From NCBI RefSeq assembly GCF_018977255.1, contig NW_024704762.1, forward strand, positions 10,168,001-10,232,000: a stretch of 64,000 nt of DNA, read 5' to 3'. Under the pieces are notes generated by a model, which was not told where the DNA came from, made no database searches, and was given only the letters and a program-made list of their open reading frames with translations. The stretch is from Callorhinchus milii. Its lineage: Eukaryota. Positions within the stretch are counted from its first letter, which is position 1; every line of letters begins with the position of its first letter. Of this stretch, positions 1-12,471 are shown piece by piece. Both the position numbers and the translations under genes were made by a program.

Positions 1-14
1 ACGCACTCACATAC

Positions 15-718
15 GCAACAACAACAACAAAATGACATTTATAGAGCGCCTTTCACGTCGGAAGGATGTCCCAAAGCGCTGAACAGTCAGGTGTCGGGGT
101 CCCAGCCGGGGGGAGGGGGTGGTAGGGGTGAGGGAAGGCAGAGAGGTGGAGGGAGACCAAAGGCACGGTTGAAGAGAAGGGTCTTAAGACCCTCCTTGAA
201 GGAGGTGAGGGAGGAAGCGAGGCAAAGGGACCACGGGAAGGAGTTCCAGAGTGTGGGGCAGAGAGGCTAAAAGCCCGGCCACCGATGGTAGGGCAGGTCG
301 GGCGGGAGACATGGAGCAGACCGGAGCCCGGTGAACGGAGGGAGCGGGCAGGTTGGTAGGGAATCACGAGGTCAGAAAGGTAGAGGGGGCGAGGACATGG
401 ATGGCCTTAAAGGTGAGGACGAGGATCTTGAACTCGATCCTCTGGGGGAATGGAGAGCCAGTGGAGTTGGGCGAGGGTGGGGGTGATGGGGTCGGGCGAG
501 GGTGGGAGTGATGGGGTCGGGCGAGGGTGGGAGTGATGGGGTCACGGAGCCTGGTGCGTTAGAGTACATGAGCTGCAGAGTTTTGGATGATCTGCAGTGT
601 GTGAAGGGAAGAGTTGGGAAGGCCGATGAGGAGAGGGTTCCCGTAATCGAGCCTTGAGGTGACGAATGTGTGGGTGAGGGTTTGGGGGCCTGAGGGGTGA
701 GCAGTGGCGGAGTTTCAT
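15..718 (-). mobile_element. L2-clade LINE 3' fragment with (AAC)n tail
   Basis: Minus-strand translation resembles the L2 ORF2 C-terminus (IPYQPARSLRSPGSGLLHV...IGGRAFSLSAP), frameshifted, followed by a 3'UTR and simple-repeat tail. Related copies lie at ~24924-25298, ~27240-27557, ~46798-47285 and ~59281-59537. Confidence 0.75.
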
Positions 719-2836
719 GCACTCTCACACACAACCCCATCACTGACACGCTCTCTATCACTGCGCTGTGTGTTCACGCCAGGACTTCCTGCTATTGACA
801 AAGCTTTAAATCACCCTCGAAACTCAAAAGGCTAAACGTTTCAGTAACAGATAAAGGGGAGAGATCCATGCCTGAAACCTTCTCCGCAGCAACCCCTCCC
901 CTCGCTGCCCACCCTAAACCCCCCACTCCCCTCTGCACACAGCCCACACACACCCCCCACCCCGCTCTCCTGTACGTTGCTCCAGTTTTCGGGAACGCTG
1001 CCCGGCACAACAACAACAACTTGTATTTTCGCAGCGACCCCCAGATAGGAACAGGAGAAGCTATTCAGCTACTTTATAAGATCACGGCTGGTCTGTACCT
1101 CAAGTGCAGTCCTCTCCTTGCCCCATATCCCTCAATACCCTGACCTAACAAATAGCAATCTAAGGTCTATCTAATAATCTACCCTCACGCAGGACAGCAT
1201 CTCAGAGTGTTTGACAGGAGCGGAGCACCCGGGGGGCTGTGGGGGGAGCAGGGGAGGTGACTGTGCACACAAGTCAAAGAGGAAGGTCTTCAGGCACGAA
1301 GACCCGAAGATGGGGAAGGTGGGAAGGGAAGAGGGCGAGGCGGAGGGATAGAGGAAGGCCTTGGACAGGGAGCTGAGGACAGAGCAGAGGCAGGAAGCAG
1401 GAGCCAGCACTGAGATAAGGGCTGAATGTCACAGGCCTGCTGCTGACTCACGCCCGCCCGACCGTACACAGAGAGGAAACATGTAGTTGTCATGGGCACG
1501 GCAATGATGATGATGGTTGTTGGTGTCCTGCTGATCAGCTGATGGGACATTTGTCCTGTTCCACGGGAAGGAGATGTTCCCCAAATGGCCTTCCCTATGT
1601 CTCCCGCCCCATCGGCCTCACTCACGCCAGTCTTCCTGTGTTCTCCTTAGCCCTCCCTTTGCCACAACGCCTTCCCCCCCTCCAGACATCTCAAAGCCCT
1701 CAACAATCTTTTATTTCTCTGTGAAGTGTAGTGACTGTGTTTATGTGGGCAACCGCGGCAGCCAGTTTCCTTACTCCTGTTTACCCAGCAGTCGGTAGGA
1801 AACCAGTTGTTGATCAGTTGGTGGATCACTTTCCGGGGGTAGTAATCCCTTTCAAAAAACAAATTAGTGATAATCCACAGCTGTTTGTGGGGACGCTGCT
1901 GTGCGCCAATTGGCTGCCTCGTTTCGTCCGCAAAATACACAGTCACTAGACTTTACAGTGTATCCTATGAAGCGCTTTGAGACGTCTTAACGACGTGATA
2001 AGGCACTGGGTCAAATGCAAGGATTATGAGGACTGGAAGGGTTCAAACCCCAGGGATAAGCCTGGGGAAGGGGGGAGGGGAGGAAGGGGAGTGGGTGCAG
2101 AAGGAGATTGCGTTAGAAAGATTTATCTCTGGGTGTGTAAGCGAGCGAGAGGAGCCAATGGGGCACATTTCCTGTCTGTGTGCGGTGAGCCACGAGCTAC
2201 AGAACAGGAAGCTGAAGGTCAGTGTTGTGCAAGTTGCTGTTTTTCCCTCGCGGGCTCACTCTCAAGCTCACTCTCGAGCTGTAAGGAAACCATCAGCTAG
2301 AAGGAAGGGAGGGTGAGAGAGAGAGAGAGAGAGAGAGAAAGGGTTTTGTGGGTTGGAAGCTTAAGTCCTCTCTCGCTCTCTCTCTTTTCACACCTTAATT
2401 TACTAAACCACTTCCAGGCAGGAAACACAAACATCTCTCAATGTTCCTGTTCAGTCAAAAAGAGGCCATTCGGCCCATCGTGCTCAAACCGACTGAGCGT
2501 CTCTCTCAGAGCGAGCTGTGCGATCTGTCCCCCTACCCCTCCCACTGGCACTATCGCTCTGTCCCTCATATCCCTGTCCCTCTCGCTCGGAAAGCCCAGG
2601 ACAGACCCCCCCCCCCCACCTCCCTCCCTCCCACCCATCCAACAGGATCTTTAACACTCACCTCAGTTCACCATCTCATCTAATGGACGGCACCTTTGAC
2701 AATGTCCCTCCAATACGGAGCTATAACGGCTCCATGTAACATAACTTCCTGATTCACAAAGCAACAGTCCGACCAACTGAGCGACAGACTGACAGTGTAT
2801 GACACCACACTGTAGGCAAGAGCACCACTGTGTGCC

Positions 2837-3258
2837 AGACTGGCTCAGTGGGTAGCGCTCTCTCTCTCTCGCGCTCTCCTCTGAGACAGAAGGTTGTAGG
2901 TTCAAGCCCCCACATCGGGACTTGGAATCACACAGTCTAAGCTGACACTCCAATACAGCGCTGGGGGGGGGAGTGGGAGGGGGGGGGGGGTTTGAACTGT
3001 CAGAGACACCGTCCTTCAGATGAGACATTAATCTGAGCTCCCCGTCTGCTTGTACAGGTGGATATTAAAGATCCGGAGGTAATATTAGAAAAGAGGAGGG
3101 AGGTTCTCTCTCTCTCCCAACAAGTGTCCTGGCCAACAATCTCCCAAACAAAATGAGTCACTCACTCCACAACTGTCGCTACTGGTGCACAATTGGCTGT
3201 CGCGTTTCGCCCGCAAAATACGGACACTGCACTTCACGGTATATCCTATGAAGCGATT
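2837..3258 (+). mobile_element. tRNA-headed SINE with Deu-like central domain
   Basis: A-box TGGCTCAGTGG (2841) and B-box GGTTCAAGCCC (2899), then GATGAGACATTAA...CAGGTGGATATTAAAGATCC...GTGTCCTGGCCAAC core and the 3' tail shared across the window. Family assignment is from recall. Confidence 0.65.
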
Positions 3259-3743
3259 TACATTTCATTCAAGGAACTGAAACTGAGACAGTGACGTCTG
3301 GAGCCTATTTTTCAGAAATAATTGGATGCAATGCTGCCAGCTGCGGGGAGCATGATTACCACCTCATCACCAACCTGCTCCGACACGCAAGTTCGGGGCT
3401 GATGTCAAGGGGAAAGATTCCCCGAAACAACTGCAACAAGAAGACTCTCCCATTCAGCCCCCATCCACATGCCCCCCCAACCCCACATACCTCCCCCACC
3501 CAGCCTAGACCAAACCCTTCCCAAACTACGACAACTGTGCTCCTTCACCATCCCGTAAATGAGGAGAGGACCAATTCCCACCCCCACCAACTGGGTGTAC
3601 AGACTGAGAAATGACCCCCCAGGGAGAGAATATGCTGTTCATTCCACACACACACACACACACGAAACACATAGGGAAATTCCCATGTGTGGGTGGCAGA
3701 AATATATGGAACTCTTAGTATGGTTTGGAAACTCTAATGAACA

Positions 3744-4115
3744 GTGACGGGTTTCCGTGTGTGTCAGACACCCGGCTGGTCACGGTGACGGGTTTCCGTG
3801 TGTGTCAAACACCCGGCTGGTCACGGTGACGGGTTTCCGTGTGTGTCAGACACCCGGCTGGTCACGGTGACGGGGTTTCCGTGTGTGTCAGACACCCGGC
3901 CGGTCACGGTGACGGGTTTCTGTTTGTGTCAGACACCCGGCCGGTCACGGTGACGGGTTTCTGTTTGTGTCAGACACCCGCCGGGTCACGGTGACGGGTT
4001 TCCGTGTGTGTCAAACACTCGGCTGGTCAAGGTGACGGGTTTCTGTGTGTGTCAGACACCCGGCTGGTCACGGTGACGGGTTTCTGTTTGTGTCTGTGTC
4101 AGATACCCGGCTGAC
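3744..4115. repeat. 41-bp minisatellite, ~9 copies (GTGACGGGTTTCCGTGTGTGTCAGACACCCGGCTGGTCACG)
   Basis: Unit starts at 3744, 3785, 3826 and onward; read directly from the sequence. Confidence 0.95.
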
Positions 4116-4140
4116 CGTTCAAGGCTCTCTCCACACTTAC

Positions 4141-4474
4141 CTTCTCCCAATACTATGTCCTTCAGCTTCTCCACAGCCTCGGAGAATCTGCTCACGTGGT
4201 GCAGCAACTGGGGGATGTCCTCCACGTCAGGCACCTCGTAGCTGTCAGGGTTGGAGGTGGGAGAGGACTTATAGCCTTTACTGTAGCCCCAGGTCCCCGT
4301 GATGGGCATCGAGAAGCCGGCAGCGCTGGAGTGACGGCTCAGGGTGGTGGGTCTCTTCAAGGTACTGACCCCACTCGGGCTGCTGCTCAGTCGCGAGGCA
4401 TTCCCTGTGGCCACGTCCGCCGTAGCCGAGCTCGGAACCAGCGGCGACTCCGACTGGTCCTTCCGAGGGAGTTC
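4141..4474 (-). CDS. ARHGAP45: ARHGAP45 (HMHA1) coding exon 2, 334 nt, phase 0 to 1
   Basis: tgtcag|GAA CTC CCT CGG ... GAA G|gtaagt. ELPRKD...TLKRPTTLSRHSSAAGF...VEDIPQLLHHVSRFSEAVEKLKDIVL matches recalled human ELPRKD...TLKRPTSLSRHASAAGF...VEDISHLLADVARFAEGLEKLKECVL. Later exons lie left of the window. Confidence 0.93.
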
Positions 4475-7400
4475 CTGACACACACAAACAGGCACACACA
4501 CACACAGAAACACACACACACAGAAACACACACACACACAGAAACACACACACACACACAGACACAAACAAACCAGAGGTAAGACTGGAGACATGACCGA
4601 CCGACAACACAGAAAACGGCTCGAGTCCCAGCCACAGAGCGGGGAAACTGTGTCAGAGGATTGTGGGTTCAAGCCCCCCAGCCCCACTCCCACCCACATC
4701 ATGGACTTTGAGCTCACAGTCTAGGCTGACGCTCCAGTGTTGTGCTGGGACGGAGAGCGCCGTTTCACCCACAAAATATACAGTCACTACACTTTACAGT
4801 GTATCCTGTGAAGTGCTTTGAGACGTCCCAAAGACGTGATAAGGGGCTGGGTCAACTGCAAGGATTATTATTATTATTATTATTATTATTATTGTCAGAG
4901 ATGCCGTCCTTTGGATGAGACATTAAACCTCATTCCCTGCCTGTGCCCTGCTCAAAAGAGGAGGGAGTTTCTCTCTCAGTCGCCTAGTGACTTGGCCAGG
5001 AATCCCCCCGATAAAATAGGTCATTCACGTCACGGTTGTTGGTGGGACATTGCTGTGCGCAAATTGGCTACCGAGTTTCACCCACAGAGTGCACAGTCAC
5101 TACACTCGCCGAAGGTTCTCTTTGAAGGGCTTTGAGATGTTTTTTGGTGTGATGGCCATTGTATCAAATGAGGAATATCAAGGCTCTCAACACGAATACG
5201 ATCCTTGCTTTTCACTCGGGAGGATGTCACGGCAGTTACAGTAAAGTGTAGTGACTGTGCTTCGAGGGCAAAGTGTTCATTAACACGGGGAAGGGGCCAA
5301 GGAATGCCGTGACTTCCCTGATGTCGGAGTTTCTGCAGAGAGGGTTACACCCAGCTCCTGTCCTCATGGGGATGTGTGTGACGCACTCTCACCCTGTGCT
5401 ACAGTCAACCACACTCACAGCTGCGAAGGACCACACCTGACAGCTTGTCATACTGTTTCTCTCTGTCTCCCTGCTCCCCCCAGCCCCCCACCCGCCACCC
5501 CACAACTCCTCTCTTCCTCTCGCTCTCTCTCTCTCCACCCAATCTCTCTCTTCCTCTGTTTCCATCTCCCTCTCTCTGTCTCCAGCTCTCTCTGCGTCTT
5601 TCTCTCCCTGCCTCCATCTCTCCGTCTCTCTCTGTCTCTCTCTTTCTCGGTGTTTCTGTCTCTCTCTCTGCTCCCACCCCACCCCCAGCCCTCTCTCTCG
5701 CTGCCATGTCTCGTTTGGATAAAATGAACAAAAGTAACCAAAATACCCCAAAACAAGAGAAAGTGTAATTTTGGTCGGTCAGTCTCCTGAGCCTGGTGAC
5801 CAGATCAGCTCAGGGAATCGCTGCCGCGGTGGCTGACAGTGAGTGTGAGGCCAGGCAGGGATTAAACCCCTCACCTCCCCGGCCTGACTGAGGAGCTCAG
5901 AGATTCTGGGTGTGTTCCTCAGAGCCTGACCAACTCTCTGCCTCCTCCATCCTCACGCCCCTCACTATCCAATTTATGGCTGTCAGTGTTCACACGGTTC
6001 TCGTTAGTGGTTTTGTTGTTGATTAACAGTAAGAGTGTAATTTACCGGGAACATTCTACTTCGAACTATAGACATTTACTGTATGTGTGTGTGAGTGTGT
6101 GAGAGTGTGAGTGTGAGTGAGTGTGTGAGAGTGAGTGTGTGAGAGTGAGTGTGTGAGAGTGTATCATTTCTCCCTTTTTCTTTTTTAGGAGGGGGGGGGG
6201 GAAGTAAATCCCCTGAAATCTGTTCCCTTCTTTAAACACCCTAATTCTCGCCGACTACACCCTCTTAATAATGAAACAAGGTGATTGCGGTTAAAAAAAA
6301 CAAATTTTTCCTTTAAGAGACGTCAAAAGCCGCACGTATTTCTGTGAAAACTTTGGCTTTGTCTACCATCTACACTATAACATCTCAGCTTCCTGTTCTC
6401 ACATTCGTACTGCCCGTTTGCCAGGGTATCTCAGGGCGATGTAGTGGTGAGGTGTCCATCCTGTGATCAACATCTCACCACAACATCATGCTGAGGTGTA
6501 CTCGAGTCGCTCTCCTACATCCTCCCTCCCCGTCTTCTCTCCCCCACCACCTTCTCCCCCCTCCTCTTCTCCCCCCTCAGCCACCACCCCCCTTTTCTCC
6601 CCTTCATCCCCCCTTCTTCTCCTCCCCGCCTTCTCTCCCCTTCCCCCCACACCGATCGAGGAAAGCCATTCCAAAAAAACACAATTTGTTCTTAACGCTG
6701 TGGTGTTTCATACAAACATAGGAACAGGAGGAGGCCATTCAGCCCCTCGAGCCTGTTCCGTTATTCTACAAGACAATGGCTGATCTGTACCTCAAGTCCA
6801 ATTACCCGCCTTTACCTCATGTCCCTTAATCCCCTGATCTAACACACATCTAATGCACCTGAGTCTGGACAACGTGAATGGATCCAGTCAGAATCCACAG
6901 CCTTTTGTGGGAGGGAGAAAGTTCCAGATTCCCAACTTTGGGTGAAAAATGACCCCTTATTTCACTCCTAAATGTCCTGGCTCTAATTTTAAAGATTTCT
7001 TAACTTACCAATTGTTAAAAGCTGTGTTTTTCCTACACGGCTTCTCACAACGAATTTAAAAGTAAATTTGTAAATTTGGAAGGAAGAGGTTTCTATTTTT
7101 TATTTATTTAGAGTTTTTTTTACACAATTCTTTAGGGACCTGAACACTCAGACAAAATGGCTTCGCAGGCTGAGAACAGGTGGAATTTTAGGCCTCTGGT
7201 AACGCAATTTATTAATGAACACAATCTATTGACCGAGCTGTTGTAAACAATCCCACATCGTTTATCCTTACGTAACCAAAAGCCTTTGATTATTTTTATT
7301 GCTGCGTTAGATCTTACGATTGTTTAAGTGTAGTGGTTTGTAAACGTGTCACATGGGGATAGACTTTCACTGAACTTACTGCTAGCACATGTTCAGCACG

Positions 7401-8127
7401 TTTATTACAGCTTTTATAATAATAACAACAGTAATAATAATAAGAATAGTGCATTGACACAGTGCCTTCATCATTCAAATATCTCAAAGCGCCTCAAAGG
7501 CTAATTGCCCGTCAACTATAAAGAATGTACATTTTGTGGGTGAAAAACAGCAGCCAATTTGCGCACAGCAACGTCCCACAAACAGCCGTAAAGTGAGCGA
7601 GCGAGCGATTTTATCTGGGTGGGGGGGTGGCGGGCGGGTGGGGGGGTGGCGGGCGGGCGGGTTGGGGGGATTGTTGGCCAGGACACCGGGAGAGAGAGAC
7701 AGAGATGAAACTCCCTTTGCTTTTCCAATAGTATCATCTTGACAACCACCTGAACAGGACATAGACGGCAGCTCGGTTTTAAAACGTCCCACCGTGAAGG
7801 ACAGGACAACACCTCTGATAACGCAGTGCCCCCACACCCCCCCACCTCACCCCTCACCTACACGCGCTCGCGCACACACACACACACACACACACACCAC
7901 CACCCCCACACACCACCCCCACACATTCCCGTCACTGAACTCGGAGCGTCAACCTGACCCAGACTGAACGATCAAAGTCTTCCTGAGGAGGCGGGGGCGG
8001 TGGGGGTGGGTGGGCGGGGGGGTCGGGGGAGAGCAGCTTGAACCCGCAACCTTCTGAGATACGTTAAACAGAACATACATGATCCGGTACATACACAGTA
8101 ACAAACATTGGTTTCCTGTCTACCTAC

Positions 8128-8253
8128 CGTCAGCCATACCTTGGGCCGGCTCGGGAACACGTCCAAAACACACTTAGATTTGGACTTCTTGCCTCTCAGC
8201 CCCACAGAGTAAGGGCTGTAATTGTTCTTCCCACCTCGTCGTTTGTTCAGCAT
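8128..8253 (-). CDS. ARHGAP45: ARHGAP45 alternative (proximal) first coding exon, 42 codons
   Basis: ATG at 8253; MLNKRRGGKNNYSPYSVGLRGKKSKSKCVLDVFPSRPKVWLT|gtaggt. The phase-0 donor fits exon 2. It resembles the N-terminus I recall for teleost arhgap45 isoforms (MLKRGGK..Y.PY...VWL). Confidence 0.65.
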
Positions 8254-8914
8254 CCTTCCCCCCAATATTTGTGGGCAGGGGGGGAGGTTTGGGGTAGGGG
8301 GGGGTGGTGGGAGTTGTTGGTGGTGGTAGGATGGGGATGTAAAGAGTTTGAAGAGGGGAGATGGGTCGACCTCTCCGAAAAAAACCTCTCGTTATTACTC
8401 TATTAATCTTTTTTGGGGGGAGACTGAGGGGTATAAGGGGTTTGAGGGTGGCTATAGGGGTCAACCCCACCCCCCCCCCAAAAAAAAAAAAAACTTCTCT
8501 TGTTATTACTCTATTAAAATAAATGAATTTGTTTGGGGGAAAGAAATACTAAAAGAATCTAATTTCACGACACAAAAAAAAGGCAAAGTTGTTTTAAAGA
8601 AATAAATATACTGTACATAAAATAATTCCTTCTCTCCCCCCACACCCACCACCCACCACCCACCCACCCACCCACCAGCCCCTCACTCCCCCCTCTCCTC
8701 TCCTCTCCCTCTTTGGATGCTCTGTCAAATCATGAATTGGATGGGATTTGGCTGAACCGTCTCTGGGGTTGAGCTGAAGCTGTCGGGACACACACAGTGA
8801 GTGTGTGATGGCCAGAGAGCTGCACCACAGTGGTCACAGCCCCCACCACCCAGAGGGCGATCTCAATAACAGTAACTACATTCCAATCCAAACAGCGGAC
8901 GCTTTGCAACTCAC

Positions 8915-9004
8915 TGATGTGCTGTGTGGTATAGGACTTCCTGTTCTGTTTTTCTTAGATATTGAATGCGTTTTCGTCAATTCCTTTTTCTTGCGAGAGA
9001 ACAT
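8915..9004 (-). CDS. ARHGAP45: ARHGAP45 first coding exon (mammalian-type N-terminus), 30 codons
   Basis: ATG at 9004; MFSRKKKELTKTHSISKKNRTGSPIPHSTS|gtgagt, phase 0. Recalled human N-terminus is MFSRKKRELMKTPSISKKNRAGSPSPQPSG. Confidence 0.92.
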
Positions 9005-11466
9005 TTTTCCTTCCAACAGTGGAGTGGAGTGGAGTTGGAGTTGGAGTGGCGTCTCCCCTCTCCCTCTCTGTCCCTCTCTGTCCCTCTCTGGGCAATGCTC
9101 TCAGCTGCTGCTCAGTGCCTCAGGTCTGGAGCCCATCAAACACACAGCAACACGAGAAACCACAGCTCTTTTCTGGTTCAACGTGGAGCTGTTCCGGAGT
9201 CTGATCCGGTGTAGTGTTTAACCACATTCAGTTACTCACTCAACTGACAATTCATGTGACGACAACGCATCAGCTCATTGGTTTCCAAACTGAGACCTGT
9301 TCATCTCTCTCTCTCTCTCCAACTTATTTCCACTGTGTGACCACCTGCTCAGTCGGACAGTAAATGTCAGTGCGGGGATTTTTTTTTCTGTGTGTGTGTT
9401 GCTTTCATTATTCTTTTTTTTACACTCAGGCAATGATGTGACAATAATACCACTAATAACCATTGCAGTTGATTCAGCGGCTTTATGTCTTCGTCGAAAC
9501 GTCTCAAAGCGCCTCACAGAGTATACTGTAAAGCGAATTGGCTTTATGTTTCGCGGGCGAAACGCGGCAGACAATTTGCGCACAGCGACGTCCGACACAC
9601 AAACAGCCGGGGATTGAGTGACCAAATTATTGTTTTATTTCCCCACCAAGGGATTATTTCAACGCTAATGGCACTAAAATCGAACACAACGTTCCCCAAC
9701 AAATTTACATCTATCCAGCACCATTCAGCACCATTCACGTCTCTGGGCGAACGGCCAATTAATCGAATTTGGGAGAAACTCACTTCTCTTAGGGAACAGT
9801 CACAGGGTGTGTAGCAGCCACGGGAAGTCGGGAACTCAGTTTAACGTCGCGGCTGAAGAACGGCACAGCTATCACACAGCCTCCTCCCTCCCTGCACTGT
9901 TCTGGAGAGTCACCTTGGACTGTGGGCGCACAGCCCGGAGAATGGCTTTTTTTTGGTTAATGGAGAGATCCATCACCGTGTTAAGAGTCTCCAAACCCAA
10001 CTGGGAATTCCAGGCATCTCACCTACACATGGAGATTCCAGAGATAGATTGTTAGAATGGAATGCGCTCTCTCTCTCTCTCTTTCCCTGGAGAGACACAT
10101 CTTGTTTACCTAATCCCAGAGAGATTGAGGTGCAGGTAGGCCAGAGTCAAGGCTTGGGAGGGGTGGGGGGCAACCCGAGCTTTCAACTTGATCCAAAACC
10201 TGACAGCCGGCAGAAGGTGAATGAAGAATGAAACCAGCGTCAAAACACTAGACGGAGTCACAGTCCGTGGGGGACCGTGAACAGAGAGTGCCCCTGGGCA
10301 GCGTACCGAGTTTATGGAAAGAAATCCCTGGGATTTATGCTTCAAATGGAAAGGAAGTGCTCAATGAGATGAATTGTGATAACTTGCTGCAAAAAAAATA
10401 TGTATGTCTTCTTTCCTGCCGGTAGATGGCATTGCAACCTGTGGTCCACAGCTGGGCGTTTGAATGATTGACAGCTGTAAAAATAATTATATAATCTATA
10501 ATAAGAATAATAATCCTTACGTTTGACACAGCACCTCATCACGTCTTCGGGACGTCTCAAAGCTCTTCCCAGGTTATACTGTAAAGCGAAGTGACTGTTC
10601 ATCTTGTGGATGAAGGTCTCTCTCTCTCTCTGACTGCTGTTACCTGAGAGGGATTCCCAGCCAGGACACGCGGGGAGAAACTCGATGAGAACAAACTCCA
10701 TTTGTCACAATAAACAGCAAGAGATTGCAAATCCTGTGATCGTTTATTAAGCCCTTTATTTTTGTGAGTAGCACAGACCCTGTGAGTAACATAGTGACTG
10801 GTAGTGGAGTCCGGGTGGTGGGGGGGAGAGGTGCCAGGGCTCAGGGTGGGGCAGGAACTCAATCTATATTGCGAGATTCTCAAAACGATTTGCAAATAGT
10901 GGAACCCGGAATCTCAAACAACAAATTAATATTAATGATCCTGGCGATTGTTACAGAGCCTTATCACGTCTTTGGGACGTCTCAAAGCGCTTCACAGGAT
11001 ACACTGTAAACTGAATTGACTGTGCTTTTTGTGGTTAGAATTGGAATCAGAGACCCCTCCATATAGGGTAACGTCTTGCAGCTTAGATCTCTCTCCGTTA
11101 TACACTGACTCTGGCGGCGGCGGGTGGTGGTGGGGGGGGGGGGGGCGGGGGAGGAAGAGGGGTGGGGAGAGAGGGTGGAAGAGCGGGCCGGGAGAAGTGG
11201 GGGGAATATCGGGGGGGGGGGGGGGTGGAAGAGGAGAAACTTCTCTGATGCAATGCAGAGTGCAAAACATGGCCAGTGTGTGTTTGGCAACACAGAGACA
11301 CACACACACACACACACAAACAGACAGACAGACAGACACATACACAGAGACACACAAGCAGACAGACAGACACACAGAGACAGACACACTCAAAATCAGA
11401 CAGACAGAAAGCTGTGCAGTGGGATGAGAACACCACCTTTGGACTCGCTGAGACAGTAGAACAGGA

Positions 11467-11742
11467 GGACACGGCTTTGGGTTTGCAAAGGGAGAATTTC
11501 AGGACAGACACCAGGAAGTGTCTCTTTACCCTGACAGTATTAACGACGGGATCAGGATCACGATGGGATCAGGAGGGCAGTCGAGGGCAGGGCACTAATG
11601 ATGGGAGGATAGACGGCGGGTGGGAGGGGGGGAATGAGATCAGATGGGCCGAAGGGGATTGGAGTCGAGATACAGATCAGCCATGATCTAACAGAGTGGC
11701 AGAACAGGCTCGAGGGAACGAATGGCCTCCTCCTCTTCCCAC
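11467..11742 (+). mobile_element. CR1-type LINE 3' fragment
   Basis: GGACACGG...TTCAGGACAGAC..AGGAAG and the terminal GATCAGCCATGATCT...GGCTCGAGGG..GAATGGCCT motif. The same terminus recurs at ~6710-6850 (-), ~16925-17090 (-) and ~28580-28850 (+). Confidence 0.6.
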
Positions 11743-12302
11743 AGATGTCTTCGTTACCCTGAAACCAGAGCGTTAGGATGTCCTCCCGACGTTAAAGGCA
11801 ATGATATAACCGCAATCTGTTGTTGTTGTTGAAACTGATGTCGGGATATTTGCGAAACCCTTTTGGGAACGTGGCAATGCTGAGCCCGGTGACTGCCGGG
11901 CCTGAGACAGCCACTAGGTGGTGCCCTTTGGCAACAACAGCACAAAGCACATCCGACACCCAGCCAGACAACAATAATAATAATAACCCTTGCATTTGAT
12001 ATAGAGTCTTATCGCATCTTCGAGACGTCTCAAAGCGCTTCACAGGATTCTACTCTAAAGTGTGGGGACTGTATATTTTGCGGGCAAAAAGCGACAGCCA
12101 ATTGCGCCCGGCGACGTCCCCACAAACAGCCGTGGTTTGAGCGAACAAATTCTCATTATGTTTTTAATCTTTCTCTCGAGGGATTATGACCAGGCGCGCG
12201 TGTGGAGTAAGGAAACTTGCCCAAGGTTTCGCCCGAGTTGGGAAACATCCACGGGCCCCACATAAGCAATATTGTTGTGTTGCCGCTGGTTGGCTGCCTG
12301 CC

Positions 12303-12471
12303 TCATAGATTCTCGTAAATGTCCTGCCCTTTGTGGGGGCTGGGGGGTCTCCTCCTGAGGGACGAATTGTTGATGTACAGTGGACCCTCGTCAGCCTCCA
12401 CCTCCGTCCTCGTCCTCTGCTCTGCGTACCTCCCCTCCTCAAGTGAATGTCGCTGCATCTGGGACATCTGG
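12303..12471 (-). CDS. Selectin-like A last exon (cytoplasmic tail)
   Basis: ccacag|C CAG ATG...; [55 protein letters not shown]. Same length (169 nt) and stop position as copy B. Confidence 0.82.

Noticed and set aside
1290-1625. ORF with a GTGAGT donor as a possible further ARHGAP45 exon
   Set aside because: No resemblance to the expected next exon (..HECLGEALRV..), and the donor is phase 0 in this frame whereas the intron is phase 1.
3744-4115. Regular repeat array as CRISPR-like
   Set aside because: Vertebrate DNA, and the units are contiguous with no unique spacers.
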